64,000 bases of DNA from positions 1,075 through 65,074 of IMG/VR virus record IMGVR_UViG_3300020020_000003. One strand, 5' to 3'. The position numbers and the translations under genes were made by a program. The DNA is from a virus. Shown one piece after another: positions 1 to 9,310 of the stretch (position 1 is the first letter of the stretch; every line of letters begins with the position of its first letter). The notes beneath the pieces were generated by a model, which ran no database searches, was not told the origin of the DNA, and was given only the letters and a program-made list of their open reading frames with translations.

Positions 1-9
1 TAAAAGGCT

Positions 10-954
10 TCATTTGTAGTGATCCGCTATCTTGTACAGTGGGCAACCTATGAGCTGCTTTTCTGTACTTAGTATAGCACATTGAGTCGGGTGAGTGCAA
101 GCCCATCGTCCTTCGGATTGGACTTGAACATATTTGCAAGTTCGACAGTTTCTGTCAGGTGCTCGTTTCATATGACAGATAGGTTTGTGTTCGCACCAGG
201 TACATTTCCAGAACCCCGGCGAGGTACTGAGCTTAGTTGGGGGCGTCGCAGCTTGTATCAATTTCTCGCCTCTCTCAATGTACTGATCTGCATGCTCAGG
301 ATTGAGAGTAAGTATCTCGATATAAAGATCATCCGTGTTCTTGTTGACTGCCATATAGAGACAGCTCGCAATACCCATCTTACGCATGTAGATTTGTGCT
401 TGAACAAAGTGTTCTGGTTTTCCATCGCGAACACCTTTACCTTTAAAATGACCTTCGCTAGCTAGATATGCCCGCCATTCTTCCAGCTTTCCTGCTAACT
501 CGATAAAAGATCTTTCGTTATGAGTTTTGCATTCAAGAAGAGTGGGGCTGTTATTATAATGTGTGACCCCGTCACCACTTCCACCACCGTGGCCATCCCC
601 AAACTGAATTCGAAATTGCTTTCCTTCTGCGTCTTGTTGATAGACAGGCATTCCAACAGTGAGTAGCATCGCGATGAAACGCGCTTCCTCAATGTGCCCA
701 CGATTAAATAGACGGAGCATACGACCTTGGTGCGCAGCCTTGGTAGCCCATCGAAAACTGTACCATACGGCGCGGCCACAGTCATGACCGAGCTGAGAAG
801 CTCCCATGTGGCTTCGATGAGACTCTTCAGTGTCTCTGTATGCATCCGACATATGCGGAAGTACCTGACCGAGCCAACCTCTGTATGCAGCACCTTGATC
901 AATTGCAATAGCTTTATCGATAGCGAGACATAAATCCCGAGCAATATCAACCAT
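10..954 (-). CDS. Cas4-like PD-(D/E)XK exonuclease (phage recombination type)
   Basis: GASQLGHDC...W N-terminal motif, GSGDG and LECKT nuclease motifs, HFVQAQIYM helix, C-terminal CxxCxxxxxC Fe-S-type cluster; neighbours are SSB and Sak4. Confidence 0.8.
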   Translation of the reverse strand: MVDIARDLCLAIDKAIAIDQGAAYRGWLGQVLPHMSDAYRDTEESHRSHMGASQLGHDCGRAVWYSFRWATKAAHQGRMLRLFNRGHIEEARFIAMLLTVGMPVYQQDAEGKQFRIQFGDGHGGGSGDGVTHYNNSPTLLECKTHNERSFIELAGKLEEWRAYLASEGHFKGKGVRDGKPEHFVQAQIYMRKMGIASCLYMAVNKNTDDLYIEILTLNPEHADQYIERGEKLIQAATPPTKLSTSPGFWKCTWCEHKPICHMKRAPDRNCRTCKYVQVQSEGRWACTHPTQCAILSTEKQLIGCPLYKIADHYK

Positions 955-1115
955 TAAGATTCATCCTTCTTCTTTTGAAATTCTAAGTACTCAATAAGAG
1001 TCTGATATAATTTCTGAGATATTAGATCATTTCCTGGAGTAACAATTATTGTTCCAAGAATTGTTACTTTCTTTTCTGTAACAAGGATTGCAGAATCACC
1101 AAGAAACGTGATCAT
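954..1115 (-). CDS. small hypothetical protein (53 aa, not in ORF track)
   Basis: hand-translated MITFLGDSAILVTEKK...; start overlaps upstream stop, stop overlaps the Cas4-like start. Confidence 0.45.
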   Translation of the reverse strand: MITFLGDSAILVTEKKVTILGTIIVTPGNDLISQKLYQTLIEYLEFQKKKDES

Positions 1116-1264
1116 TGGGATTTATCCTTATTTAAGGCGTCGTGAATAGCTTGCTTTAATTCTTCATTCGGTGCAAGTAGACCATAATCAGTCTCTCTCC
1201 ACCAACGTTGTCGCAATGCGAGTGGAAGTTTAGACCAGATTTCATTTGTCATTTCCCAACTCAT
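1112..1264 (-). CDS. small hypothetical protein (50 aa, not in ORF track)
   Basis: hand-translated MSWEMTNEIWSKLPLALRQRWWRETDYG...; GAGGTGG RBS; translationally coupled to next ORF. Confidence 0.55.
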   Translation of the reverse strand: MSWEMTNEIWSKLPLALRQRWWRETDYGLLAPNEELKQAIHDALNKDKSQ

Positions 1265-1279
1265 TATCCACCTCTATTG

Positions 1280-1312
1280 AAAAGTAGGGGGCCCCCCGAA
1301 TGGAGCCCCCTT
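1280..1312 (-). terminator. intrinsic terminator after SSB gene
   Basis: minus strand GGGGGCTCC-ATTC-GGGGGGCCCCC followed by TACTTTTC. Confidence 0.6.
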
Positions 1313-1329
1313 GAGTTGGTTACGTTCAG

Positions 1330-2184
1330 TTACGAAGGCTGCCTGGCCCATGGCGGCTGGGCAGTTTGAGCAGCAGTGACAGCAGGATCTTGCGGCTGTT
1401 GAACAGCCTGAGGAGCCTGTTGAGTCGGAGGAGGCGCAGCGAACCCAACGGGCGCGGACTGTTGTACCGGTGCCTGTTGGGGTTCGGCCTGCTGTACAGG
1501 CTGCGTCTGCACAGGTGCCTGCATCTGTTGCGGAGCTTGCTGCGGAGGCTGTCCCCAAGGCTGCTGAGTCTGAGGTTGCTGCCAACCACCGTTTGGAGGA
1601 GCTGCCTGTTGTTGCGGAGGCTGCTGGTATACTCCGTTCTGCTGCGGAGCTTGCTGCTGCGGAGGTGCCCAAGTCTGCTGTGGTGCTTGCTGAGGTGCCT
1701 GTTGAGGCGTCCAGCCAGTGGGTGCTGCTGCGGGAGCTCCCTGAGGTTTCGTTCCGGGTTGAGCAAGAACACCAGGAACCACATAGTTGATGGGCTTGTA
1801 GCTCTTAATCTCCGACTTGTCGTCGTAGACACCGTTGGGGTCCTTGATGGTCTTGACACGTCCCTTCAGCGGGATGTTGTGAAGCTGCTGGGTGTCCTGA
1901 ACGTAAGGCAGATTGAGAGCGGCACAGATTGCGCTCAGTTCGCGATTCGCAATCTCCATTGTCTGGATATTGGTGTGCCGCATATTCAGGCCAGTGAACA
2001 CCTTACGTCCCTGGTGTGGTCCGTCGATGATGGAGAATCGAAGAACGAGACGCAGGTGGTTAGGGTTGCCGTCTTTTGTCGGCATCGCGTTAGATTCGTC
2101 GATGATGAAGTTGTACCAGCCTTCAGGAATGACATCGTTGTCGAGAGGTGTAAACTGTCGAGCGTCGAAATTGAGCTGCACCAT
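1330..2184 (-). CDS. DUF669-type phage ssDNA-binding protein with long Q/P-rich disordered tail
   Basis: IPEGWY...IDES...L.L.F.IIDGPHQGRKVF..LN...A..ELSAIC.A fold, then about 145 aa of QQAP repeats; adjacent to Sak4. Confidence 0.75.
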   Translation of the reverse strand: MVQLNFDARQFTPLDNDVIPEGWYNFIIDESNAMPTKDGNPNHLRLVLRFSIIDGPHQGRKVFTGLNMRHTNIQTMEIANRELSAICAALNLPYVQDTQQLHNIPLKGRVKTIKDPNGVYDDKSEIKSYKPINYVVPGVLAQPGTKPQGAPAAAPTGWTPQQAPQQAPQQTWAPPQQQAPQQNGVYQQPPQQQAAPPNGGWQQPQTQQPWGQPPQQAPQQMQAPVQTQPVQQAEPQQAPVQQSAPVGFAAPPPTQQAPQAVQQPQDPAVTAAQTAQPPWARQPS

Positions 2185-2196
2185 TAGATGGCTCCT

Positions 2197-2925
2197 TTAC
2201 GAGTTGAGGATCTTGTTGAAGATGTAGCCTAGATTTGGAGGCTCCATATTTGCTAGAGCTCCACTTCTATCCTTTGCTTCGAATTGAAGGTCAGGTTGCG
2301 TCTGCAGGAAACGAAACTCCTGCTGAGTCGTTGGATCTTTCCCAACCCCAAGACGAAAGACTTCGTCAAAGAAGTAAGGTAACTTCGGTCCAAGTTTAGC
2401 GCCCGGCATCGATGGACCATATTTAACGATACCAGATAATTCATCTTTTGTCGGCTCCATCTTTGCGGAGACGAGCACATTCTTACCTTGGAGATCTCGG
2501 AAAGCTCTGATCAAAGTCTCCATTTTTTCAATCAGTTCCCCGTAAGCCTGACGAGGATCTTTTACTTGTCGTTTGGCATTGTTGAGAACAACTTCACCAA
2601 TCTCGGTTATGCTGTCCAATCCAATGCTCTGAAAGTTACGAGCTTCTGCGCTCTGCAGACACCAGAGATGAGCATCTCGCAAATCGTCTGCAGTCTCAAT
2701 GGTAATGATAGGCATGTTGTAACAGACAGATTGATCATTACCAAATAGACGTCTCAGGTTAGATTCGCGAAGAGATAGAGCACCGGACTCAGCAGAGATT
2801 AGAACGGGGGTTGGAAGTGTAGCAGTAAGAACTGTTTTTCCAACTCCTGCACCCCCGTAGACAAGAACTTTGATCCCATTGGACAAAGATTCTTCCGAAG
2901 CAGTAGAAAAGTGAAGTGCCATCAA
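2197..2925 (-). CDS. Sak4/AAA_24-like single-strand annealing ATPase
   Basis: KVLVYGGAGVGKT Walker A, GLDSITE Walker B, FDEV and AKDRSG C-terminal motifs. Confidence 0.8.
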   Translation of the reverse strand: MMALHFSTASEESLSNGIKVLVYGGAGVGKTVLTATLPTPVLISAESGALSLRESNLRRLFGNDQSVCYNMPIITIETADDLRDAHLWCLQSAEARNFQSIGLDSITEIGEVVLNNAKRQVKDPRQAYGELIEKMETLIRAFRDLQGKNVLVSAKMEPTKDELSGIVKYGPSMPGAKLGPKLPYFFDEVFRLGVGKDPTTQQEFRFLQTQPDLQFEAKDRSGALANMEPPNLGYIFNKILNS

Positions 2926-3359
2926 GTACTCCTTTTTGGAATGACGATATCGAGTCCGGGCATACCCGGCTTGATCACAAGCACCTGATCGAACAAATTA
3001 CGCTGCTCGTCAGTAAGAGTACGATACTCTTTGATTGCAACTTCAGGCTTCCACTTGACCAACTTCTCCAGTTCCAACTTGGGAAGATTGTGGTCAGGCA
3101 GGGATTGCGACTTTGCTAGTTCTTGAAGTAGATCGATCTGAACAGCACGATTAATAGTGTGTACTGCTTTCAGAACTGCACCGGTCCCGTCGTTCAGTGG
3201 ATGGCTGTTGGTACCCTCTTCCGGACTTGGGAACAGTCCAGCGAAAATAAATTGACGAAGAACGATTTCCTTGTTCTTCATCTCCTCCATTTGCTTTTTC
3301 AATTCGTACCACTCTCTAAGGTGGTCGAGGGAAACTTGCCGTTCTGGTATCAAAGTCAT
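2922..3359 (-). CDS. conserved phage replication-module hypothetical protein
   Basis: GGAG RBS before ATG 3359; N-terminal coiled coil; operon-coupled. Confidence 0.6.
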   Translation of the reverse strand: MTLIPERQVSLDHLREWYELKKQMEEMKNKEIVLRQFIFAGLFPSPEEGTNSHPLNDGTGAVLKAVHTINRAVQIDLLQELAKSQSLPDHNLPKLELEKLVKWKPEVAIKEYRTLTDEQRNLFDQVLVIKPGMPGLDIVIPKRST

Positions 3360-3422
3360 AGGAAGTACTCCGTTGTTAGATGGACCATACTTTATAGCAT
3401 AATAAGCGATCGGATGCAAGTA

Positions 3423-3776
3423 TCAATGCTTGGGATATTGCACCTCAATGACAGGAATACCAGCAGCGCGTGCTTGTTTCATCATGTTAGCTGTACCTGG
3501 TCCGCCTGGAAATGCGATCACAACATGTGGCCCTTCTAATAACATCTGTGCATTTCGTCTAGGCCCAGCTTGGTGTCCAAAGATATGCCAATCTGCTTCG
3601 ATCTTACGATGATCAATAGCATGTTCGACGGCCCATGCGCCAGCTATAGCATCGACATGCAATGCACCACCCTCGATCAGAGTACTAATTATATTTCCAT
3701 TATGATACCAATTAAGCCATTGACGAATAAAGTTAGGTCGACTGTAAAGATGACTACCGCAGACGATGACTTTCAT
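3423..3776 (-). CDS. SLOG-superfamily (DUF2493/YspA-like) protein
   Basis: MKVIVCGS, IEGGA..VD..A..WA, AGPRRNAQML, VIAFPGGPGTANM motifs. Confidence 0.75.
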   Translation of the reverse strand: MKVIVCGSHLYSRPNFIRQWLNWYHNGNIISTLIEGGALHVDAIAGAWAVEHAIDHRKIEADWHIFGHQAGPRRNAQMLLEGPHVVIAFPGGPGTANMMKQARAAGIPVIEVQYPKH

Positions 3777-6136
3777 GTTCCCCTGACCCAGTATAGATCA
3801 CCTGTTGTCATTCCTTTTTCATTTGGATCTTTAATCTCTTTAAGTCTACCCAATCTACTCATGGTTTGAATTGCTTCTCTTAATTTCTTATCATCAAAAT
3901 TACCATCAGTTCTGAAACAAGCTATCTGGAGCATTCTAGCTCTAATATAAGAATACGGAATCTTTCCTGCTGCTTGAAATTCTGCTGAGATTCGATAGGT
4001 GACTGCTACTCGCTTGTTCACATATTCTTCCAATAGTCCTTCAAGCTTTTTAATCTGTACACTATTTCCTGTTCCAAGATCTCCAGAAGCTTGCTTAGTC
4101 TTAAAATTATTGATATCATTCATAACAAAGCGTTCGAAGTAATCCCAATGAGCCTCAGTCACAATCGGAACATTTACATTTCCTTGCGGTGTTGGTGGAG
4201 GTGTATCTAAGATTGCAGCAAGAGTTGCTAGAACGTTGATTCGCAAAGTAGAACGAGACCACATATGATGTTCAATATCACTACCTTTATTGTCGATAGA
4301 AAGATTATAACTGTTGTCACAATACTTTGTAAATCTATCATATCGTGCTTCAGCATCTGAATCCAATATAGCAACGATTGGAGGTTTCTTTTGAGTAAGA
4401 ACCAGATCCGCAACTCGGGCAAGTATAACTAGATAATCTACAAAGTTCGGATCGATTGAATAATCTACTTTCTTATTTATATCGCTTCGTTTCCCTTTAT
4501 ATTCAAAAATATTAAATCGAGATATGAATCCACTGTTAAGAAGAAACGCATTGATACTTTCAAAGACCTCTGGTGTAGTGTCTCCAAGGATACTATACGC
4601 AGGAGAATGAAGAGATTGTACATTTTTAGTGGCATCGCTGTAATTGATTGCATCGGATGTTGAACCAGGATTAGATTTAGAATGTAGACCGAGCATTACT
4701 GTCATTAGACCTTGTATATTCTCATCGCGAGCATTTGAAAATCTTTTCATTAATCCACCAAACTCGCCTAGGATTTGTGCAAACGATCCCCGTGTTGGGG
4801 TGAAATGCTTTGTAAGACCTTGTCCACTTGCAAAACTTCCAAAGTGAAAAGCATCTTTGAATGTTGGGAACTTTTCAGAACAGATTTTAATCAGTCTACT
4901 GATCCCAGTTGACATTGCTTCCTTACCCATTCCAGAAGGAGCAACGACAAGATTATAAGTATTCAATCCAGAATTAGTATTGGTATTCCAACCCCGTCCA
5001 CAAAGAGCTGATACCACAGTGATCGCGGCTGCCACTGAGAATTCAACATTGGGATAGATTGAACCTCTATAAAAATATCGAGCTAAGTATCCAAGGCCTC
5101 CAGTAGGAAAATCGATATGAGATACAACTTCTTCGGGATCGGGTAAAGAATCAAAATCAACCGTATGTTCAACTGTCTGAAATTGAATAGGATCTGGAGT
5201 GAAAACAACAGCTCCATCAGCGGTGCGTAAAAGAGCTTGTTCAGCTTCGTACTTGGCAATGATAGCATCTGCACTGCGTTTGCCAGCTTCGATATCTACC
5301 ATCTCAGCTTGGCGGATAAAACGAGCATGACGTAGGGTACGCAAGATATAATCTGAACGATTTGCTTTGGTTCTTTTTCCAAGCCCGGATTGACGAAATA
5401 GACGTTTACATTGATCATTCGATGGACTATGACGTACAAGATGAACCATTAGATCAAGATCACCTTCTGACTGTGATGGATGATCTAATTCACGCCACAT
5501 TCCTTGCCAGAGCATTCTTGCGTCTTCGTTCTCCCATAACTTGCGGCCTACGTCTTCATCAGTTTCAGTTTGAGGTAACTCCTCGAGAACAACTTCATCG
5601 TAGCCTTCAGACAAAGGCATCTGACTAAGCATTTTCATCAGCATATCTTGTCTAGCTTCTAATTGTTCTTTACGATGCAGGACGTTGCCGGTACAGACCA
5701 TAAATCTATTTTGACTGTAGATCTCTACGCCATCGCGTCGCCGGCCGAGTCCAATGCTCCCCTTGCACCAAATATGGATTCCATGCCCACCGATGGATCG
5801 TTCTGTGTAACTGTCAAAGTTCTTAACGATAGTCTGAAATAGATCTAGATACTCCTTTGTGGTGTTGGGCTTTACGTCAAGATCAATACAAGTAATATCT
5901 TCGCCTTCCATAATGACGAAGCCGATTGCAAGATTGTGGGTTAGCGCAAGAGTTGTAGCTTCTTCAAAGCTCATCCATTGCGAGTTGAGGTGCTTTGAAA
6001 CAGATGCGTTAAAGAATTGTCCATCCTTAGAAAAGATAGGACTTTTATTTACAGGGTGAGCAACGAGCCACTGCCTTTTCAGACGCAGCTCCATAGGCAA
6101 ATTTCGCCATTGGAGCAGACGTGGATCGTCAGTCAT
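3773..6136 (-). CDS. primase-polymerase (NrS-1-like N-terminus) fused to DUF3987-like helicase
   Basis: CIDLD, YTERSIGGHGIHIW, EIYSQNRF primpol motifs; SQSEGD helical domain; VAPSGMGKE Walker A. Confidence 0.8.
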   Translation of the reverse strand: MTDDPRLLQWRNLPMELRLKRQWLVAHPVNKSPIFSKDGQFFNASVSKHLNSQWMSFEEATTLALTHNLAIGFVIMEGEDITCIDLDVKPNTTKEYLDLFQTIVKNFDSYTERSIGGHGIHIWCKGSIGLGRRRDGVEIYSQNRFMVCTGNVLHRKEQLEARQDMLMKMLSQMPLSEGYDEVVLEELPQTETDEDVGRKLWENEDARMLWQGMWRELDHPSQSEGDLDLMVHLVRHSPSNDQCKRLFRQSGLGKRTKANRSDYILRTLRHARFIRQAEMVDIEAGKRSADAIIAKYEAEQALLRTADGAVVFTPDPIQFQTVEHTVDFDSLPDPEEVVSHIDFPTGGLGYLARYFYRGSIYPNVEFSVAAAITVVSALCGRGWNTNTNSGLNTYNLVVAPSGMGKEAMSTGISRLIKICSEKFPTFKDAFHFGSFASGQGLTKHFTPTRGSFAQILGEFGGLMKRFSNARDENIQGLMTVMLGLHSKSNPGSTSDAINYSDATKNVQSLHSPAYSILGDTTPEVFESINAFLLNSGFISRFNIFEYKGKRSDINKKVDYSIDPNFVDYLVILARVADLVLTQKKPPIVAILDSDAEARYDRFTKYCDNSYNLSIDNKGSDIEHHMWSRSTLRINVLATLAAILDTPPPTPQGNVNVPIVTEAHWDYFERFVMNDINNFKTKQASGDLGTGNSVQIKKLEGLLEEYVNKRVAVTYRISAEFQAAGKIPYSYIRARMLQIACFRTDGNFDDKKLREAIQTMSRLGRLKEIKDPNEKGMTTGDLYWVRGT

Positions 6137-6214
6137 GGGTGGCTCCGCCGAGCGATGTAGGAAGCGATAGGGGATGCAAATACTATAGCATGGAGACTCG
6201 GGAGGGTCAAGCCC

Positions 6215-6826
6215 CTAAATATGGGGTTCTGTCTCCTTGAGAGTCACAAGTGACTTCTGCCAGCGGCCAAGCTCGTTACTGCTAGTCGAAACCTTTATCT
6301 TATGCTCATCATTAAGCACTTTCATAATCGTTTGACGAAGAGAAAGTATAGTTGGAATGTCAAAAGGTTTACCCGCAGCCTCCCACATTTCGGTAGCAAC
6401 TCGATGTATCAAAGGACCAACTGAGCCCCGTCGCGCGTTAGGCAGTCGTTGCGGCCGAGGAGGGGGAAGAGGTGCGCTGATAACAATATTGGGAGCCTCT
6501 AATGTAGGGAGCCGGCTGGGTTCAAAGCGTAATTGCTTCGCAATCGCAGCCCTAATCTGTAGACGTAAGGTAAGAATTGCCTTTTCATCCATCTTTGCTG
6601 GACTAAGGGGTGGATCTAACTTTAACCAATGATAAAGACGTCGAAGTTTAATCTCGGACCAGTGTGAAAGAGCGCCTAGGAATATAGGATCATCAATTGC
6701 TTCGACTCGAGAGCTCCTTACCAGCTGAAGGTGAGTTGGAAGTTCCCCCTCTTCGAACCGCAATTGATCCGGAACCGGCGCTACGTGCAGAATCCGTGGG
6801 TTGACCAGGTCAAATAGAAGCCACAT
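6215..6826 (-). CDS. hypothetical protein with possible KfrA_N-like DNA-binding C-terminus
   Basis: C-terminus AAG...PT..SLR...VSTSSNELGRWQK aligns by eye with the 12722-13108 product. Confidence 0.5.
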   Translation of the reverse strand: MWLLFDLVNPRILHVAPVPDQLRFEEGELPTHLQLVRSSRVEAIDDPIFLGALSHWSEIKLRRLYHWLKLDPPLSPAKMDEKAILTLRLQIRAAIAKQLRFEPSRLPTLEAPNIVISAPLPPPRPQRLPNARRGSVGPLIHRVATEMWEAAGKPFDIPTILSLRQTIMKVLNDEHKIKVSTSSNELGRWQKSLVTLKETEPHI

Positions 6827-7032
6827 TATGCAGCACCTTTTCCCTCGGCAGAGAATTGCGCCTTGAGCGCCTCTATCTCCCGTTGATCAATTAGACTGTA
6901 GGTGTATCTGGGGTCACTTAATTTTCTTATCTGAATGAACAACTCGTTCGCCCAGATTGGATTGTCGGTTGAATGCACTACCGATTCCTTGTGTTCAAGA
7001 TGATCGATCTCAACGAGCTGAAAGCGTTTCAT
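6826..7032 (-). CDS. small hypothetical protein
   Basis: GAGG RBS, coupled to next ORF. Confidence 0.5.
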   Translation of the reverse strand: MKRFQLVEIDHLEHKESVVHSTDNPIWANELFIQIRKLSDPRYTYSLIDQREIEALKAQFSAEGKGAA

Positions 7033-7173
7033 TGTCTGTACCTCTGGTTAAAGTGAATGCGTGCGTCGATGTCCTTGTACGGCGCTATGATTACCCCTTA
7101 CGGAGACCGCAGGACACCTTTCTGTAAACCGAGCCGCACGCTACCCGATCGAAGTACTCTCCGCAGGGGTGGC

Positions 7174-7389
7174 TCATTTAACCTTTGCTGCTCGAACAGC
7201 TAGAGTCTCGTTCTCGTCGAACGTTTCCCACCAGGCCTTTAAGATTCTCTTTGCCTGGGATTCGGAAACATCGAATTGGTTCTGAATGTACGGAACCGAG
7301 CCGAACATATTGGTCACACCTGATTCCCTCAAGAGGTCCAAGTATTCGAAGTAGGTCTCCCAGAGTTGAGGAGTGATAGTTTCTTCCAT
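7174..7389 (-). CDS. conserved small phage protein
   Basis: YLDLLRESGVTNMFG..PY motif typical of a small phage protein family; GGAG RBS. Confidence 0.6.
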   Translation of the reverse strand: MEETITPQLWETYFEYLDLLRESGVTNMFGSVPYIQNQFDVSESQAKRILKAWWETFDENETLAVRAAKVK

Positions 7390-7401
7390 GGCGAGTTCTC
7401 C

Positions 7402-7469
7402 GGTCGAGTTAGAAGTTGAGGTCGAGTCTTTGGTCGAGTCCTTAGCCGGCGACCGAGTCTTTAGCCGGT
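7402..7469. repeat. GGTCGAGT direct-repeat array, copy A
   Basis: units at 7402, 7420, 7432 and degenerate 7451; shares CGAGTCTTTAGCCGGT with array B. Confidence 0.75.
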
Positions 7470-7764
7470 TGATCTATAGAAATATTCTGTACAAAGGGAG
7501 TACGTGGATTCGTCTGCAGATAGTATAGACGCTGTCGATCGCATTTCTCTCTTTTACAGAAAGTAACACCTGCCGGTGTCAACCTGAAATTGCTTCGAAC
7601 AAGGGAACTGGCTCCGCAGTTGACACATTTGAAGTTAGGCACAGAATTCACTCCGTTGTTTGTACCAATTATAGTGTAGCAGGATTCTAGGCTCGATGCA
7701 AGCAACAAATGGCCTATCGATTTTCGTTTGTATATCATGGTGCCATGCTGCGTTGCACTGTCGA

Positions 7765-7793
7765 TATATAATGTGTGTCAGCGCCTGCCGCAA
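7765..7793 (-). promoter_or_regulatory. putative sigma70-type leftward promoter
   Basis: minus strand TTGCGG-N17-TATATA. Confidence 0.45.
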
Positions 7794-7930
7794 GCCAAGC
7801 CGAGCCGCGCCGCGTCGCCAAGATCGAAAAAGATATCGTACTGAAATCGAAATCAGACATGCCGACTGTCGGCTTCGAGATTCGGTACCGTTTCGCGGCC
7901 GGAGACGAACTTTCCCCGGCCGCTTCAGAA

Positions 7931-8116
7931 TCATATGAACGTCTGAGTGTCGTCTAGAGACAGATCAAGATTGTGTTTCACAGCACTGAAGCGATCACAC
8001 CAACCAGAGACCCATTGTCCATACGAGTAAGGTTGCTTTGTCTCATCATATGGATTGCCCGAATTATATCCATCTTTCTGGGCGAGCCAACCATCGAGAT
8101 AGGGTGCAGATTTCAT
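7931..8116 (-). CDS. small hypothetical protein
   Basis: ORF in tightly packed minus-strand cluster; NPY...W..GW motif. Confidence 0.55.
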   Translation of the reverse strand: MKSAPYLDGWLAQKDGYNSGNPYDETKQPYSYGQWVSGWCDRFSAVKHNLDLSLDDTQTFI

Positions 8117-8117
8117 C

Positions 8118-8357
8118 TCACATCCCCGTCATTAAGATTTCACGCTGAGCCGGTGTCAGCTCAGGCAGGGCGTCTTGGATAAGAATCCCGCTTTCCATCC
8201 ATTCGAGATACTTCAAGTACTGGACGGGGGAGAGATCGATATACTTTCCTCCTTTGATTCCCGTCCATTCGGGCGGAGTAACTGTGACGCGAAATCCACC
8301 TATGATAGGCGTTACTTCGCGCAAGGGACCCATATTCAGCTTGTCGATTGGCTTCAT
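8118..8357 (-). CDS. small phage protein (PELTPAQREILMTG family), paralog of 12471-12656
   Basis: GGAG RBS; shared Y.EW...P.LTPAQ.E.L motif. Confidence 0.6.
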   Translation of the reverse strand: MKPIDKLNMGPLREVTPIIGGFRVTVTPPEWTGIKGGKYIDLSPVQYLKYLEWMESGILIQDALPELTPAQREILMTGM

Positions 8358-8375
8358 TTGCTAGTTCTCCTTCTT

Positions 8376-8597
8376 TCAGTAGGATGCACTGTAGATTGCG
8401 GGATCGCGTTCACCTCGGACGAATGTCTCTGCTTTCGCAAGGACATCGTTTACGTCTTGGGAGATGTATTCCAAGCAGGTGTTTCCCGAGTTCGGGTACG
8501 CACGGAACAAGAACCATCCGCCCCAGTTGTGTTTCCGAACGTGGGCGCTGTAGATTCCTTTCGGGAGTTGGGTGTAATTCCAGCTACGGATGTCCAT
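8376..8597 (-). CDS. small hypothetical protein
   Basis: GGAG RBS, in operon. Confidence 0.5.
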   Translation of the reverse strand: MDIRSWNYTQLPKGIYSAHVRKHNWGGWFLFRAYPNSGNTCLEYISQDVNDVLAKAETFVRGERDPAIYSASY

Positions 8598-8620
8598 ATC
8601 AAGTACTCCATTGCGAGCGG

Positions 8621-8673
8621 GATTGCTCGAACATGCCCCATCTTTTTATGGATGGGGCATGGGCTTGCAATCA
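8621..8673 (-). promoter_or_regulatory. conserved intergenic RNA hairpin, copy 1
   Basis: TGATTGCAAGCCCATG-[7-bp stem, 8-nt loop]-CATGTTCGAGCAATC. Confidence 0.6.
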
Positions 8674-8994
8674 ATCCATCCTGCAAACTTCGAATGAGTT
8701 ATCTGGCTGTTTGATAACAACCACATCACTCGAATACAGAAGGATCAGTTCATCACGTAAATGAGTCACCGCTATTGGGATAAGCGGTGGATCACCGGGG
8801 TACTTCAGAATGTGAGTATCAGTCAGAGTAAACTTACCCTGACCGAACGGACGCCAGCCCCCGTGGATATAGCGTTCGTTAAACTGTTCAGCTGCCTTGC
8901 GCTCGTCCTCGTTAACGAGAAACGTCGGAAGGTAGGGACCCAGATGCTCTTGTGTCATCCTGTGGTGCAACAGTGTCCATATCGGATGCGACAT
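8671..8994 (-). CDS. conserved hypothetical phage/plasmid protein
   Basis: GGWRPF, LKYPGDPP and FEVCRMD motifs; in operon. Confidence 0.6.
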   Translation of the reverse strand: MSHPIWTLLHHRMTQEHLGPYLPTFLVNEDERKAAEQFNERYIHGGWRPFGQGKFTLTDTHILKYPGDPPLIPIAVTHLRDELILLYSSDVVVIKQPDNSFEVCRMD

Positions 8995-8995
8995 C

Positions 8996-9238
8996 TTAGT
9001 CTTCCAACAGCGAGTTGACTACGCCTTCGACCGTGCGCTCTTTGCCACATTTCGTCTTGCGGAACTCCACCCACGCCGCCAACCGATTGCCTTTGCCGGG
9101 ATCGACGTAGCCGACGGAGGCCTTGTGTTCCTTCCACATCTCAGAGCACTTGGAAACATCAAGCGACTTCTTCTCTGCCGCGAAGGCAGTCGTCGTCAGT
9201 GTGGCGAAAAGAGCGAAAGCACTTAGGATATTCTTCAT
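8996..9238 (-). CDS. small exported protein (signal peptide, 2 Cys)
   Basis: MKNILSAFALFATLTTTAFA-AEKK signal peptide with AxA site; GGAG RBS. Confidence 0.6.
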   Translation of the reverse strand: MKNILSAFALFATLTTTAFAAEKKSLDVSKCSEMWKEHKASVGYVDPGKGNRLAAWVEFRKTKCGKERTVEGVVNSLLED

Positions 9239-9263
9239 AGGTGTAGTTCTCCGTTTCGAGCTT

Positions 9264-9310
9264 GATTGCTCGTACATGTGGCACCGAGATGCCACATGGG
9301 CTTGCAATCA
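9264..9310 (-). promoter_or_regulatory. conserved intergenic RNA hairpin, copy 2
   Basis: TGATTGCAAGCCCATG-[5-bp stem, 6-nt loop]-CATGTACGAGCAATC. Confidence 0.6.

Noticed and set aside
10-954. Cas4-like gene as sign of a CRISPR-Cas system
   Set aside because: No cas1/cas2 or array; the Sak4-SSB-Cas4-like context is an ordinary phage recombination module
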